Source of the DNA: Dendrobates tinctorius
Lineage: Eukaryota
NCBI RefSeq assembly: GCF_039654945.1
Contig: NW_027361840.1
Location: forward strand, 8,494,001 to 8,558,000
DNA: 64,000 nucleotides
Direction of reading: 5' to 3'
A model generated the notes under the pieces. That model worked only from the letters and a program-made list of their open reading frames with translations, was not told the DNA's origin and ran no database searches. A program made the position numbers and the translations under genes. Of this stretch, positions 25,166 to 39,100 are shown in pieces (position 1 is the stretch's first letter; the number at the start of each line of letters is the position of its first letter).

Positions 25166-26897
25166 TGTAATGTAAAATGTCTGTAAGGTATGACTTCTAG
25201 AATCTTCTGCAGCTGTGAAACCCGAAACTCCAGTGTAGATTCTCTCCCCCCCCCTTTTTCCTCCTCCTCCCTGCACAGCTAAGTGCAAGGATGTCTTTTG
25301 TTCTGAAACATGAGGCTGGATACAGGTATAGGAAATATTAAAAGAAGCCCTAGCGTGCAGAGATATAATAATTACATTTCTGCGAAGGGCACGAAACCAA
25401 CTTTCTAATCCCTAATTTTCACGGTTCTGGCCCCTCCAGAAACTGAGATATGGATTGCTCCCAAATGGAGTGTCTTAATTACGGCATGTTTGATGTTGTC
25501 TTGTTGGATTTGATGAACTACAACCAATGATACCATATGTGTGTTTGTGCGAGCTTCCCTCGTTCGTTAAGATATGGTTATTATAAGTTTTTAGTTAAAT
25601 TACAACTTAAAGAGTAGGGGGATTGAACCTCACCAGACCGCCCCTTTCGTGAGATTACAAACCCAAAGGGATAATGTATTCCCTCCCAAAATTCTTTCAG
25701 TTTGAGCTGCAGATTTCATGCTGACAAGACCTACCCGATGTCTTGGGATGTCTGGCTGCTGCCCATTCCCCCAGCTACATGGGTTGTCTAAAGAACAATA
25801 AGCAACTGTAAGTAATTTCGGTTTTCATCCCTGTTATGTTATATTTGCATTGTACATATTTAATGTCTCAACTTTGTAACAACTTTTATCTGTGTAATCA
25901 CTGCCCACCATTTTGGGAATAAATGACAAAATTATCAGTTTGTCTCCATGCTCTTAGGGTACGTGCACACGCTGCGGATTCCGCTGCGTATTAATCCGCA
26001 CGGATTTTGCAAAAACCGCAGATAATCCGCAGGTCCAAAGACCTGCGGATTATCTGCGGTTTTGCCTGCGGTTTGGTCCTGTGGATTCACTATCTCCACA
26101 ATGGTGGAGATAGGAACCCGCAGCGGTTTCCGCAGAAAGAATTGACATGCAATTCTTTCTGCGGATTCAAAACCGCAGCAAATCTGCGCAGATTTTTCCG
26201 CAGCGTCGGCACAGCGGTTTTTATTTCCCATTCATTAGAATGGTACTGTACACCGCAGCTAAAGCTGCTGCGGGTCCGCAGCGGCCAAAACCGCTGCGTG
26301 TGCACGTACCCTTAGAAACTAACTATGCGCTTTTTTTAGATAATCGCTACTAATTTGGGGGTTTGCCATGGACCCTCTTAATTAACTCTTTGATTAAGTG
26401 AATCGTGACTGGTGGCAGCGTGGTGTGTTCGGTTGGTTGGGCTAGTTGGCAGTACGGAAGGGTCTTAGATGCGGAATGAGTGGCCGAGGCCAAAGCATTG
26501 ATAATTCCCTTACTGCAGTAATCTAATTGCCCGTGCACAACAAGCAGCCCATCCGGCGACTAATTATCCTAGGTGCAGTTCCCTGACTGACCTGAGGGTA
26601 AGGAGGGCACCGGAGAGCTGTGAGTTCCAAAGTGGAACGGAGAAAGCGGGATATACATAAATCCCCGCAGTTCTTGGAAGGTTGTTAGCAGTGCTGGGGC
26701 ATCCAAAATACCCCCCTGCGGTAAATTGTCAGGGCAAGATTAGCTTGCTGTATATTTTTGTCACATGTGCCGGTGGTGGAATAACTAAGATAAGCCCCCG
26801 CTGTGCCTGTGATAGCCGTGTGCCGGCAGTGCATCGCGTCCCTCCGTCCGCTGACATACCGGTGTCAGTGGTGGGATCGTGACGTATTGGTGGCACA
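25166..26897 (+). mobile_element. LTR-like non-coding insertion, probably a solo LTR
   Basis: TGTAA..GCACA termini; 5-bp TSD GCCCC at 25161-65 and 26898-902; AATAAA near 25918. Confidence 0.7.
25957..26311. mobile_element. PIF/Harbinger-type MITE
   Basis: 16-bp TIR GGGTACGTGCACACGC, TTA duplication on both sides, internal CCGCA/TGCGG palindromes. Confidence 0.88.
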
Positions 26898-27091
26898 GCC
26901 CCATATAGCCCTCCATACAGTATAATGGGCCCAACTTAGCTCTCAATACAGTATAATAGTCGCTACATAGCTCTCCATACAGTATAATGGCCCCCACATA
27001 GTGCTCAACACAGTATAAAGCACATTGTGTTCAATACAGAATAATGGGCCCCGCACAGCCCTCCATACAATTATAGGTCCCATAAAGCTCT

Positions 27092-27871
27092 CACGGCTCA
27101 GCAGACAGTATCACACAGGAGAGGATTAGATACACAGCTCAGCAGACAGTACCACACAGGATAGGATTAGATACACGGCAAAGCAGTCAGTATCACACAG
27201 GAGAGGATTAGATACACGGCTCAGCAGACAATATCACACAGGATAGGATTAGATACACGGCAAAGCAGTCAGTATCACACAGGTTAGGATTAGATACACG
27301 TCTCAGCAGACTATCACACAGGATAGGATTAGATACACGGCTCAGCAGTCAGTATCACACAGGATAGGATTGGATACAATGCTCAGCAGACTGTATCACA
27401 CAGGATAGGATTAGACACATGGCTCAGCAGTCAGTATCACACAGGATAGGATTAGATATACGGCTCAGCAGACTGTATCACATAGGAGAGGATTAGATTC
27501 ACGGCTCTGCAGTCAGTATCACACAGGATAGGATTAGATACACGGCTCAGCAGACAGTATCACACAGGAGAGGATTAGATACACGGCTCAGCAGTCAGTA
27601 TCACACAGGAGAGGATTAGATACACGGCTCAGCAGACAGTATCACACAGGAGAGGATTAGATACACAGCTCAGCAGACAGTATCACACAGGAGAGGATTA
27701 GATACACGGCTCAGCAGTCAGTATCACACAGGAGAGGATTAGATACACGGCTCAGCAGTCAGTATCACACAGGAGAGGATTAGATACACGGCTCAGCAGT
27801 CAGTATCACACAGGAGAGGATTAGATACACAGCTCAGCAGTCAGTATCACACAGGATAGGATTAGATACAG
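27092..27871. repeat. 41-bp tandem repeat, about 19 copies
   Basis: Unit GGCTCAGCAGTCAGTATCACACAGGAGAGGATTAGATACAC; decayed copies also lie at about 22412-22512. Confidence 0.95.
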
Positions 27872-28101
27872 CATCCCTGGAGTACACTGCAGTGACACCT
27901 TGCCATCTGGTCACACGTGTGCGGTTGGTTGGATACATTGTTGCACACTTGCTGGGACATGTGTCATGTCACTTGCTGATTGGACCCTTGTAGCTTTTTA
28001 TTAGTCTTGCTAATTACTAATGTGAAGGAGTCGGAGACTTTTATGCAGATCAGGACACGTCTCGGTGCATTGCTGAGCGATGAGTCGGGCGCTGGCGTCA
28101 C

Positions 28102-28111
28102 ATATATAAAG
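28102..28111 (+). promoter_or_regulatory. Candidate TATA box of the host gene
   Basis: ATATATAAAG in a CpG-containing unique stretch about 50 bp upstream of a Kozak-type ACCATGG. Confidence 0.45.
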
Positions 28112-28156
28112 CTGTGACATCCGCCGCGTGCACACCTGAGCGCCACCGCTGACACC

Positions 28157-28276
28157 ATGGAGGTCTCTATGAAATACCGGACACAGGGGTCTCTGCCCAT
28201 CAGCTCCCAGCATAAAGCCCAGTATATCCCTCGAATCCCAGAAGAGCCGGCGCCGAGCAGCCGAGGCAAAACCAAG
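28157..28276 (+). CDS. Candidate coding exon 1 of an unrecognised host gene (40 aa)
   Basis: ACCATGG start, MEVSMKYRTQGSLPISSQHKAQYIPRIPEEPAPSSRGKTK, strong phase-0 donor AAG|GTGAGG, non-repetitive sequence. Confidence 0.55.
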
Positions 28277-30550
28277 GTGAGGGCCAGAGACAAGAGAGCA
28301 ACTAACACTGACACTGCTGAGGACTTGTTACAGTGTACCAGTGTACTCTGCAGTGCTGAGGGTTTATTACAATGTATCAGTGTGCTCTGCAGTGCTGAGG
28401 GCTTGTTGCAATGTATCAGTGTGCTCTGCAGTGCTGAGGGCTTGTTACAATGTATCAGTGTGCTCTGCAGTGCTGAGGGCTTGTTACAATGTATCAGTGT
28501 GGTCTGCAGTGCAGAGGGCTTGTTACAATGTGTCAGTGTGCTCTGTAGTGCTGAGGCTTATTACAATGTATCAGTGTGTTCTGCAGTGCTGAGAGCTTGC
28601 CCCAATGTGTCAGTGTGCTCTGTAGTGCTGAGGCTTATTACAATGTATCAGTGTGTTCTGCAGTGCTGAGAGCTTGTTACAGTGTATCAGTGTGTTCTGC
28701 AGTGCTGAGGGCTTGTTGCAATGTATCAGTGTGTTCTGCAGTGCTGAGGGCTTGTTACAGTGTGTCAGTGTGCTCTGCAGTGCTGAGGGCTTGTTACAAT
28801 GTGTCAGTGTGCTCTGCAGTGCTGAGGGCTTGTTACAATGTGTCAGTGTGTTCTGCAGTGCTGAGGGCTTGTTACAATGTGTCAGTGTGTTCTGCAGTGC
28901 TGAGGACTTGTTACAATGTATCAGTGTGCTCTGCAGTGCTGAGGGCATGTTACAATGTATCAGTGTACTCTGCAGTGCTGAGGACTTGTTACAATGTATC
29001 AGTGTGCTCTGCAGTGCTGAGGACTTGTTACAATGTATCAGTGTGCTCTGCAGTGCTGAAGGCTTGTTGCAATGTATCAGTGTGGTCTGCAGTGCAGAGG
29101 GCTTGTTACAATGTGTCAGTGTGCTCTGTAGTGCTGAGTGCTTATTACAGTGTATCAGTATGCTCTGCAGTGCTGAGGGCTTGTTACAATGTGTCAGTGT
29201 GTTCTGCAGTGCTGAGGGCTTGTTACAATGTGTCAGTGTGTTCTGCAGTGCTGAGGGCTTGTTACAATGTGTCAGTGTGTTCTGCAGTGCTGAGGGGCTT
29301 GTTGCAATGTATCAGTGTGCTCTGCAGTGCTGACAGGTTGTTACAATGTATCAGTATGCTCTGCAGTGCTGAGGGCTTGTTACAATGTATCAGTGTGCCG
29401 TGCATTGCTGAAGGCTTGTTACAGTGTATCAGTGTGCTCTGCAGTGCTGACAGGTTGTTACAATGTATCAGTATGCTCTGCAGTGCTGAGGGCTTGTTAC
29501 AATGTATCAGTGTGCCGTGCATTGCTGAAGGCTTGCTAGTGTATCAGTGTGCTCTGCAGTGCTGAGAGTTTGTTACAATGTATTAGTGTCCTATGCAGTG
29601 CTGTTGGCTTGATACAATGTATCAGTGTGCTCTGCAGTGCTGAGGGCTTGTTGCAATGTATCAGTGTGGTCTGCAGTGCTGAGGGCTTGTTGCAATGTAT
29701 CAGTGTGGTCTGCAGTGCAGAGGGCTTGTTACAATGTGTCAGTGTGCTCTGTAGTGCTGAGGGCTTGTTACAGTGTGTCAGTGTTTCTACAGTGCTGAGG
29801 GCTTCTTACAATGTATCAGTGTGCTCTGCAGTGCTGAGGACTTGTTACAATGTATCAGTGTGCTCTGCAGTGCTGAGGGCTTATTACAGTGTATCAGTGT
29901 GTTCTGCAGTGCTGAAGGGCTTGTTACAGTGTGCCAGTGTGCTATGCAGTGCTGAGGGCTTATTTCAATGTATCAGTGTGCTCTGCAGTGCTGAGGACTT
30001 GTTACAATGTATCAGTGTGCTCTGCAGTGCTGAGGGCTTGTTGCAATGTATCAGTGTGGTCTGCAGTGCAGAGGGCTTGTTACAATGTGTCAGTGTGCTC
30101 TGCAGTGCTGAGGGCTTATTGCAATGTATCAGTGTGTTCTGCAGTGCAGATGGCTTGTTACAGTGTGTCAGTGTGCTCTGCAGTGCTGAGGGCTTGTTAC
30201 AGTGTGCCAGTGTGCTATGCAGTGCTGAGGGCTTATTACAATGTGTCAGTGTGTTCTGCAGTGCTGAGGGCTTGTTACAATGTATCAGTGTGTTCTGCAG
30301 TGCTGAGGGCTTGTTGCAATGTATCAGTGTGTTCTGCAGTGCTGAGGGGCTTGTTACTGTGTATCAGTATGCTCTGCAGTGCTGAGGGCTTGTTACAATG
30401 TATCAGTGTGCCATGCAGTGCTGAAGGCTTGTTAGTGTATCAATGTGCTCTGCAGTGCTGATGGCTTGATACAATGTATCAGTGTGCTCTGCAGTGCTGA
30501 GGGCTTGTTACAATGTATCAGTGTGCCGTGTAGTGCTGAGGGCTTGTGAC

Positions 30551-33500
30551 TGTCAGGAGCCCCGCACTGCACTTGCTTACTGAGCCAGTGCGGGTGTCCT
30601 GAGTACAAAAACAGTGCTCAAAGATACCTGTGGAGCAGGGCAGCAGCGGTGACGATGTGTGCTTCAGACTATCAGGACCTGAAGCATGTGACTGCTGGGG
30701 GCGGGCGTGACCTAAGCTCCACAGAGCTGGAAGCTGCAGGGAAACTCCTAGAAAGGTAACTACAGGACAATGTTACCAAGGGGCATAGACAGAGACAGAA
30801 ACCAGATGAAGCCAGGGTCAAAGAACAAGATAGCAATACAATACGAAAGGGTTAGACAGAGTGGATAGTCAGGACGTAGCAATAGATCAGAAAACCAGAA
30901 CGGGCAATAGATGGTACAATAGAGACAAACTGTAATGGAGTAACGATAGCCAAGCAAGGAGGTCAGAACCGAAGACAAAAGTACCAAAGCGAGAGACTGA
31001 GTACAGAGTGAGGGAACAGGCCGGGTCATACATGGGAAGCAAACAAGCAACGCAGAATACACGCACACCAGGGGTCAGACACACCAGAACAACAGTATAG
31101 CTGACAGAAAACCCTGGTAAAGAGTGAGTATAAATACCCCTCCCAGATCCAGAAAGAGGCCACGAACACTTAACCCTGTGAGTGCAGGGCAAGAACCCTG
31201 TTCAAACCATGACAATACCCCCCTCTTAACAGGGGGCCACTGGACCCCCCAGGCTTATCTGGGTATCTGGCGTGGAAAGCCCGCACCAGACGATCTGCAT
31301 GCACCGAACTGGCTGGAACCCATGACCGATCCTCCAGAGAGTACCCCTTCTAGTGTATCAGATACTGGAGTCTCCGGCGCACCCACTCGGAGTCAACAAT
31401 GCACCCTACTTCATACTCCAGCTGCCCCTCTACCAGCACTGGCGGAGCATTTGATGAGGATCCTCTCTCACCGTCCCCACAGGCTTTAACAGGGACCTGT
31501 GGAAGACATCAGAAATTTTAAAGGAGGTGGGCAGCTGCAGTCGGTAGGCTACTGGGCTAACAACCTCCACAACTTTGTATGGGCCAATAAACTTGGGGCC
31601 CAGCTTTATAGAAGGTATCTTAAGCTTGATATTGCGGGTGGATAGCCACACCTTCTCCCCTACTGCAAATGCTGGACCTGGCCCCCTCCTCCTGTCAGCA
31701 AACCGCTTATAGTTTTGCTGGGCCTTGGAAATATTCCTCTGAACCTCCCTCCAAAGAATTCTAAGACGTTGTGTCGCACCCTCAGCACCAGGACAACCTG
31801 AATCCATACGGGAAAACTCTCCAAAATGTGGGTTAAACCCATAGTTGACCTGAAAAGGAGACTTCCCAGTAGATTGCATTCAACGGTCGTGTGAGTCAAA
31901 CTCTGCCATGGGCAATACCTCACACCAGTCCTCCTGCCTGGAAGAGGCCAAGCATCTCAGAATCTGCTCCAATGATTGGTTCGTGCGCTCCGTCTGTCCA
32001 TTAGACTCTGGGTGGTAGGCAGAGGAGAAGGACAATGAAATCCCCAACTTTTTGCAAAAAGCCCTCCAGAACCTGGCTACAAACTGTACCCCTCTGTCTG
32101 ACACCACATTCATAGGCACTCCATGCAACCGAATTATATGCTGCATAAATAAGCGGGCCAGGGTTTCAGCAGATGGTAACGCGGGGAGAGGTACAAAGTG
32201 AGCTTGTTTTGAAAACCTATCCACCACCACCCATATCACTGAGTTGCCCCTGTAAGGAGGAAGATTTGTGATAAAATCCATGGACAAATGTGTCCATGGT
32301 CTATCCGGAATTGGCAAAGGCACCAATTCCCCGGCCGGCCGGACCTGAGAACTTTTAGAACGAGCGCACACCCCACATGCAGTCACAAACTTTTTAATAT
32401 CTGTTACCATAGAGGGTCACCAGAAACCCCTCGCAATTGCCCCCTGGGTAGCTGCAATCCCAGGATGAGCACTCAACACAGAATCGTGAAATTCCTGCAT
32501 AAGTCCGAGACGGAAACGTTCCGGAACAAACAATTTACCCGGGGGTTTACCACCAGGAGCCCGAGCCTGGGCCTCCAAAATCCCTCTCTGTAACTCAGGT
32601 GAGTTTTCGGCCACCACTACTCCTGGCTGAAGAATGGAGTAGGGAGGTTCTGGAGGGGACACTGAATCAAAGCTTCGGGATAAGGCATCAGCCTTGATGT
32701 TTTTAGATCCCGGGCGGAATGTGATGGTAAACTGAAATCGAGAAAAAAAAAGCGCCCACCGAGCCTGTCTGGGGGTCAATCTCTTGGCAGACTCGATATA
32801 GGCTAAATTTTTGTGATCAGTGATGACTGTAATGGGATGAACATCCCCCTCCAGGAAATGCCTCCATTCTTCAAAAGCCAACTTTACCGCCAACAACTCT
32901 CTATTGCCGACATCGTAATTTCTCTCGGCAGAGGAAAATTTTTTAGAGAAGGCGCAAGGCCTCAGATTAGTAAAGGTAGGAGGGCCCTGAGACAATACTG
33001 CCCCACCCGTACTTCTGAGGCATCAACCTTCACAACAAAAGGTCTTAACTGGTCGGGTTGTACCAATACAGGGGCTGAAGAAAAGCACTTTTTTAATGTC
33101 ATGAAAGAATTTTTTGCAGCTCAGACCAATTTTTTACATCAGCTCCATTGAGAGTGAGGTCCGTTAGAGGCTTTACCACCTGTGAGAAGCCCTTAATAAA
33201 TTTCCTATAGAAGTTGGCAAAGCCCAAAAATCGCTGCAACCCTTTCAAGTCATGAGGCTGCACCCAATCCGTAACAGCCTGGACCTTCTTAGGATCCATG
33301 CGGAACCCCTCCCCTGACACAATCAACCCCAGAAAGGATACTTCTTGCATGAAAAATGAGCATTTTTCCAACTTGGCATACAAATGATTCTCCCTCAGTC
33401 TCATGAGAACCATCCGCAAATGGTGCAAGTGAGATTGACTGTCCACCGAGTACACCAGAATGTCATCCAAATAGATGACCACAAAACGGCCAATTAAATC

Positions 33501-36150
33501 AGAGAAAATTGCATTAATAAAATTCTGAAAAACAGCAGGAGCGTTGGTGAGACCAAAGGGCATAACCAAGTTTTCGAACAGCCCTTCAGTCGTCAGGAAT
33601 GCTGTTTTCCATTCGTCCCCTTCCCGGACTCTTATAAGGTTATACGCCCCACGTAAATCCAGTTTAGAGAACCACTTGGCCCCGGTGAGTTGGTTACATA
33701 GATCAGGAATTAGGGGGAGAGGGTATGTATTTTTCACAGTAATTTTGATTAATTCCCGAAAGTCGAGGCACGGCCGCAAACCACCATCTTTTTTCTTAAC
33801 AAAAAAGAAGCCACAGGTGAAAGAGAAGGCCTAATATGCCCTTTGCGGAGACTCTCGGTAATGTACTCCTTCATGGCTAGACATTCGGGCCCGGACAAAT
33901 TGAACAGGCGAGCCTTGGGTAACTTGGCTCCAGGGACTAGATTAATGGCACAATCAAAGGGTCTATGTGGTGGTAGCGCCTCAGCCTCACTTTCAGAAAA
34001 TACATCTTCAAAATCTTTCAGGTACTCCGGAATACCTTCCAGACCGACAGACGACACTGACACAGATTTTACTGGGGTGACAAGAGTTGTCAAATTACAA
34101 CATAGACCATTAGCCATACAACCCCAGTGAATGATCTCCCCCGTGACCCAGTCAATAGTAGGATTGTGACGTTGAAGCCAAGGCATACCCAGTACCAGTC
34201 CAGCCGGCAGATTATTTATAACAAAACACCTTAATTTTTCCACGTGAGTGGAACCCACTTTGAGAGAAAAGGTATCAGTCATGAAACAAATTCCCGCCTA
34301 GGTGATAGGAGAAGAATCAATTGTCACGATTTTAACAGGATCTTTTAACCTGACTGTCCCTATCTTATGAAAAGTCACAACTTTGGCATCGATCAGATTA
34401 ATAGAAGAACCACAGTCAACAAAGGCGGTAGTCACAACCGGACCGCCTGTAAGTTCCAGTTCCACCGGAAGCAGAATTTTAGTAAGCGAGTAAAAGGGTA
34501 CCTGGGAGTCTGGGCAACCTCCTCGATTGCTACCCAGACTCAGTCGTTTTCCTGACGGCTTCACTGAAGAAGGGCAAGAAGGACAGTTCCTTCTCCAATG
34601 TCCAGCGGATCCACAGTAAAAGCACAATTGGTTGTTTCTTCGGTGTCTCCTCTCTTTTTCCTCCAATGACGTGGCACCAACCTCCATAGCTCAGGATTAG
34701 ATGCAGAGTCTCTCAGATTGGAGAATAAAGGGGTCTCCTGCAGCATGACCCCTCTTGCCCGCAGCCTACGGTCCATGCGGACAGCCTGGATCATAGCGTC
34801 CTCCAAAGAATCCGTTGGAGGATGAAGGGCTAGGGCATCTTTCAAACGTTTGGACAGGCCTCTACAGAACAAACCCCGGAGGGCAGCGTCATCCCAGGAG
34901 ACCTCCGCTGCCCAGGGTCTGAACGCAGAGCAGAACCATTCAGCAGAGTGCCTCCCCTGTGTCGCACTCATCACCATGTCCTCTGCCAGACACACTCTAT
35001 GAGGCTCATCATAAATGTGCCCCAGAGCCTCAAAGAACAAATTCACAGACATACGTTCAGGAGCAGAGGAAGAGAGAGAGAAAGCCCACGCCTGTGGAGC
35101 CCCCCGAAGTAGGGAAATGATGACCCCCACCCTCTGGAACTCATCCCCAGAGGAGCCGGGCCTCAGAGAAAAAAAAAGCTTGCATCCTTCACTGAACTCC
35201 TTTTTATCCCCTGAGAAAGGGTCGGGCAATTTGACAGGAGATTTGGGGGATGCCAATGACACATCTCTACCCCCAGAACTAGAAGCCCCTGCAGCGACAG
35301 CCCCCTGCACAGTAACCACCAACTGTTGCTGGGTCTGGGCCATCGTGCGCTGTTCCACATTAAGTCTGTGGAACATTTGGATCAGGTGCTTGACCTGATC
35401 AGCCAAAGCTTGTATGGGATCCATGAGGATAACACTTTTTTTTTTTCTCCTCAGAGGAAAAAAAAAAACTGAAATGGTCAGCTATAATGTCAGCAGCCCC
35501 GCACTGCACTTGCTCACTGAGCCAGTGCGGGTGTCCTGAGTACAAAAACAGTGCTCAAAGATACCTGTGGAGCAGGGCAGCAGCGGTGACGATGTGTGCT
35601 TCAGACTATCAGGACCTGAAGCACGTGACTGCTGGGGGCGTGGCCTAAGCTCCACAGAGCTGGAAGCTGCAGGGAAACGCCTAGAAAGGTAACTACGGGA
35701 CAATGTTACCAAGGGGCATAGACAGAGACAGAAACCAGATGAAGGCTGGGGCAAAGCACAAGATAGCAATACAGTACCAAAGGGTTAGACAGAATGAATA
35801 GTCAGGACGTAGCAATAGATCAGAAAACCAGAAGGGGCAATAGACGGTACAATAGGGACAAACTGTAACGGAGTAACGATAGCCAAGCCAGGAGGTCAGA
35901 ACCGGAGAAGACAATAATACCAAAACGAGAGATGGAGTACAGAGTGAGGGAAAAAGCCAGCTCATACACGGGAAGCAAACAAGCAACGCAGCATACACGC
36001 ACACCAGGGGTCAGACACATCAGAACAACAGTATAGCTGACAGAGAACCCTGGTAAAGAGTGAGTATAAGTACCCCTCCCAGATCCAGAAAGAGGCCACG
36101 AACACTTAACCCTGTGAGTGTAGGACAAGAACCCTGTTCAAACCATGACA
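30551..36150 (-). mobile_element. Full-length but frameshifted Gypsy (Tf1/sushi-type) LTR retrotransposon
   Basis: LTRs at 35488-36150 and 30551-31214, visibly diverged. PPT at about 31217-31227. TSD is degenerate (GTGAC/GTACC). Confidence 0.95.
31230..35424 (-). pseudogene. gag-pol: Gypsy gag-pol, fragmented
   Basis: Gag MDPIQALADQV.. (35424), zinc knuckle CFYCGSAGHWRRNC, protease FVDCGS, RT YLDD, RNase H TDHKNL, integrase DRGVQF..ERTNQ and GPY, split over about 7 ORFs. Confidence 0.92.
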
Positions 36151-39100
36151 GTACCAATATATCAGTGTGCTCTGCAGTGCTGAGAGTTTGTTACAATGTG
36201 TCAGTGTGTTCTGCAGTGCTGAGGGCTTGTTACAATGTATCAATGTGTTCTGCAGTGCTGAGGGCTTGTTACAGTGTATCAGTGTGCTCTGCAGTGCTGA
36301 GGGCTTGTTACAATGTATCAGTGTGCTCTGCAGTGCTGAGGGCTTGTTACAATGTATCAGTGTGCTCTGCAGTGCTGAGGGCTTGTTACAATGTATCAGC
36401 GTGCTCTGCAGTGCTGAGGGCTTGTTACAATGTATCAGTGTGCTCTGCAGTGCTGAGGGCTTATTACAGTGTATCAGTGTGCTCTGCAGTGCTGAGGGCT
36501 TATTATAGTGTATCAGTGTGCTCTGCAGTGCTGAGGGCTTATTACAGTGTATCAGTGTGCTCTGCAGTGCTGAGGGCTTGTTACAATGTATCAGTGTGCT
36601 CTGCAGTGCTGAGGGCTTGTTACAATCTATCAGTGTGCTCTGCAGTGCTGAGGGCTTGTTACAATGTATCAGTGTGCTCTGCAGTGCTGAGGGCTTATTA
36701 CAGTGTATCAGTGTGCTCTGCAGTGCTGAGGGCTTATTACAGTGTATCAGTGTGCTCTGCAGTGCTGAGGGCTTGTTACAATGTATCAGTGTGCTCTGCA
36801 GTGCTGAGGGCTTGTTACAATCTATCAGTGTGCTCTGCAGTGCTGAGGGCTTGTTACAATGTATCAGTGTGCTCTGCAGTGCTGAGGGCTTATTACAGTG
36901 TATCAGTGTGCTCTGCAGTGCTGAGGGCCTATTACAGTGTATCAGTGTGCTCTGCAGTGCAGATGGGCTTCTTACAATGTATCAGTGTGGTCTGCAGTGC
37001 AGAGGGCTTGGTACACTGTATCAGTGTACACTACAGTGCTGAGGACTTGTTACAATGTATCAGTGTACTCTGCAGTGCTGAGGACTTGTTACAATGTATC
37101 AGTGTGGTCTGCAGTGTTGAGGACTTGTTACAATATATCAGTGTGCTCTGCAGTGCTGAGGGCTTGTTGCAATGTATCAGTGTGCTCTGCAGTGCTGAGG
37201 CCTTGTTACAGTGTGTCAGTGTGCTCTGCAGTGCTGAGGGCTTGTTACAACGTATCAGTGTGCTCTGCTGTGCTGAGGACTTGTTACAATGTATCAGTGT
37301 GCTCTGCAGTGCAGAGGGCTTGTTACAATGTATCAGTGTGCTCTGCAGTGCTGCAAGTTTGTTACAATGTATCAGTGTGCTCTGCAGTGCTGAGAACTTA
37401 TTACAGTGTATCAGTGTGCTCTGCAGTGCTGAGGACTTATTACAGTGTATCAGTGTGCTCTGCAGTGCTGAGGGGCTAGTTACAGTGTATCAGTGTGCTC
37501 TGCAGTGCTGATGGGCTTGTTACAGTGTATCAGTGTGCTCTGCAGTGCTGAGGGCTTCTTACAATGTATCAGTGTGCTCTGCAGTGCTGAGGGCTTGTTA
37601 AACTGTATTAGTGTGATCTGCAGTGCTGAGGGCTTATTTCAGTGTATCAGTGTACACTGCAGTGCTGAAGACTTGTTACAATGTATCAGTGTACTCTGCA
37701 GTGCGGAGGACTTGTAACAATGTATCAGTGTGGTCTGCAGTGCTGAGGGCTTGTTACAATGTGTCAGTGTGTTCTGCAGTGCTGAGGGCTTGATACAATG
37801 TTTCAGTGTGCTCTGCAGTGCTGAGGGCTTGTTGCAATGTATCAGTGTGCTCTGCAGTGCTGAGGGCTTGTTGCAATGTATCAGTGTGTTCTGCAGTGCT
37901 AAGGGCTTGTTACAATGTATCAGTGTGTTCTGCAGTGCTGAGGGCTTGTTACAATGTGTCAGTGTGTTCTGCAGTGCTGAGGGCTTGTTACAATGTAAGA
38001 GTGTCCTCTGCAGTGTTGAGAGCTTGTTACAATGTGTCAATGTGTTCTGCAGTGCTGAGGGCTTGTTGCAATGTATCAGTGTGCTCTGCAGTGCTGAGGG
38101 CTTGTTGCAATGTATCAGTGTGCTCTGCAGTGCTGAGGGCTTGTTGCAATGTATCAGTGTGCTCTGCAGTGCTGAGGGCTTGTTACAATGTGTCAATGTG
38201 TTCTGCAGTGCTGAGGGCTTATTACAGTGTATCTGTGTGCTCTGCAGTGCTGAGGGCTTGTTGCAATGTATCAGTGTGCTCTGCAGTGCTGAGGGCTTGT
38301 TGCAATGTATCAGTGTGCTCTGCAGTGCTGAGGGCTTGTTGCAATGTATCGATGTGTTCTGCAGTGCTGAGGGCTTGTTACAATGTATCAATGTGTTCTG
38401 CAGTGCTGAGGGCTTATTACAGTGTATCTGTGTGCTCTGCAGTGCTGAGGGCTTGTTACAATGTATCAGTGTGCTCTGCAGGGCTGAGGGCTTATTACAG
38501 TGTATCAGTGTGCTCTGCAGTGCTGAGGGCTTGTTACAGTGTATCAGTGTGATCTGCAGTGCTGAGGGCTTGTTACAGTGTATCAGTGTGATCTGCAGTG
38601 CTGAGGGCTTGTTACAATGTGTCAGTGTGCTCTGCAGGGCTGAGGGCTTATTACAGTGTATCAGTGTGCTCTGCAGTGCTGAGGGCTTGTTACAATGTAT
38701 CAGTGTGCTCTGCAGGGCTGAGGGGCTTGTTACACTGTATCAGTGTGCTCTGCAGTGCTGAGAGCTTGTTACACTGTATCAGTGTGATCTGCAGTGCTGA
38801 GGGCTTATTACAGTGTATCTGTGTGCTCTGCAGTGCTGAGGGCTTGTTACAATGTATCAGTGTGCTCTGCAGGGCTGAGGGCTTATTACAGTGTATCAGT
38901 GTGCTCTGCAGTGCTGAGGGCTTGTTACAGTGTATCAGTGTGCTCTGCAGGGCTGAGGGCTTATTACAGTGTATCAGTGTGCTCTGCAGTGCTGAGGGCT
39001 TGTTACAGTGTATCAGTGTGCTCTGCAGTGCTGAGGGCTTGTTGCAATGTATCAGTGTGCTCTGCAGTGCTGAGGGCTTGTTGCAATGTATCGATGTGTT

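Larger units (their letters stand above)
22517..27085. mobile_element. Non-autonomous (hAT-like) element carrying a 30-31-bp internal minisatellite, interrupted by LTR insertions
   Basis: Starts CAGGGGCGTAC. Arrays of CCCACATAGCCCTCCATACAGTATAATGGG at about 22795-23164, 24772-25165 and 26898-27080. The right terminus was not identified. Confidence 0.55.
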
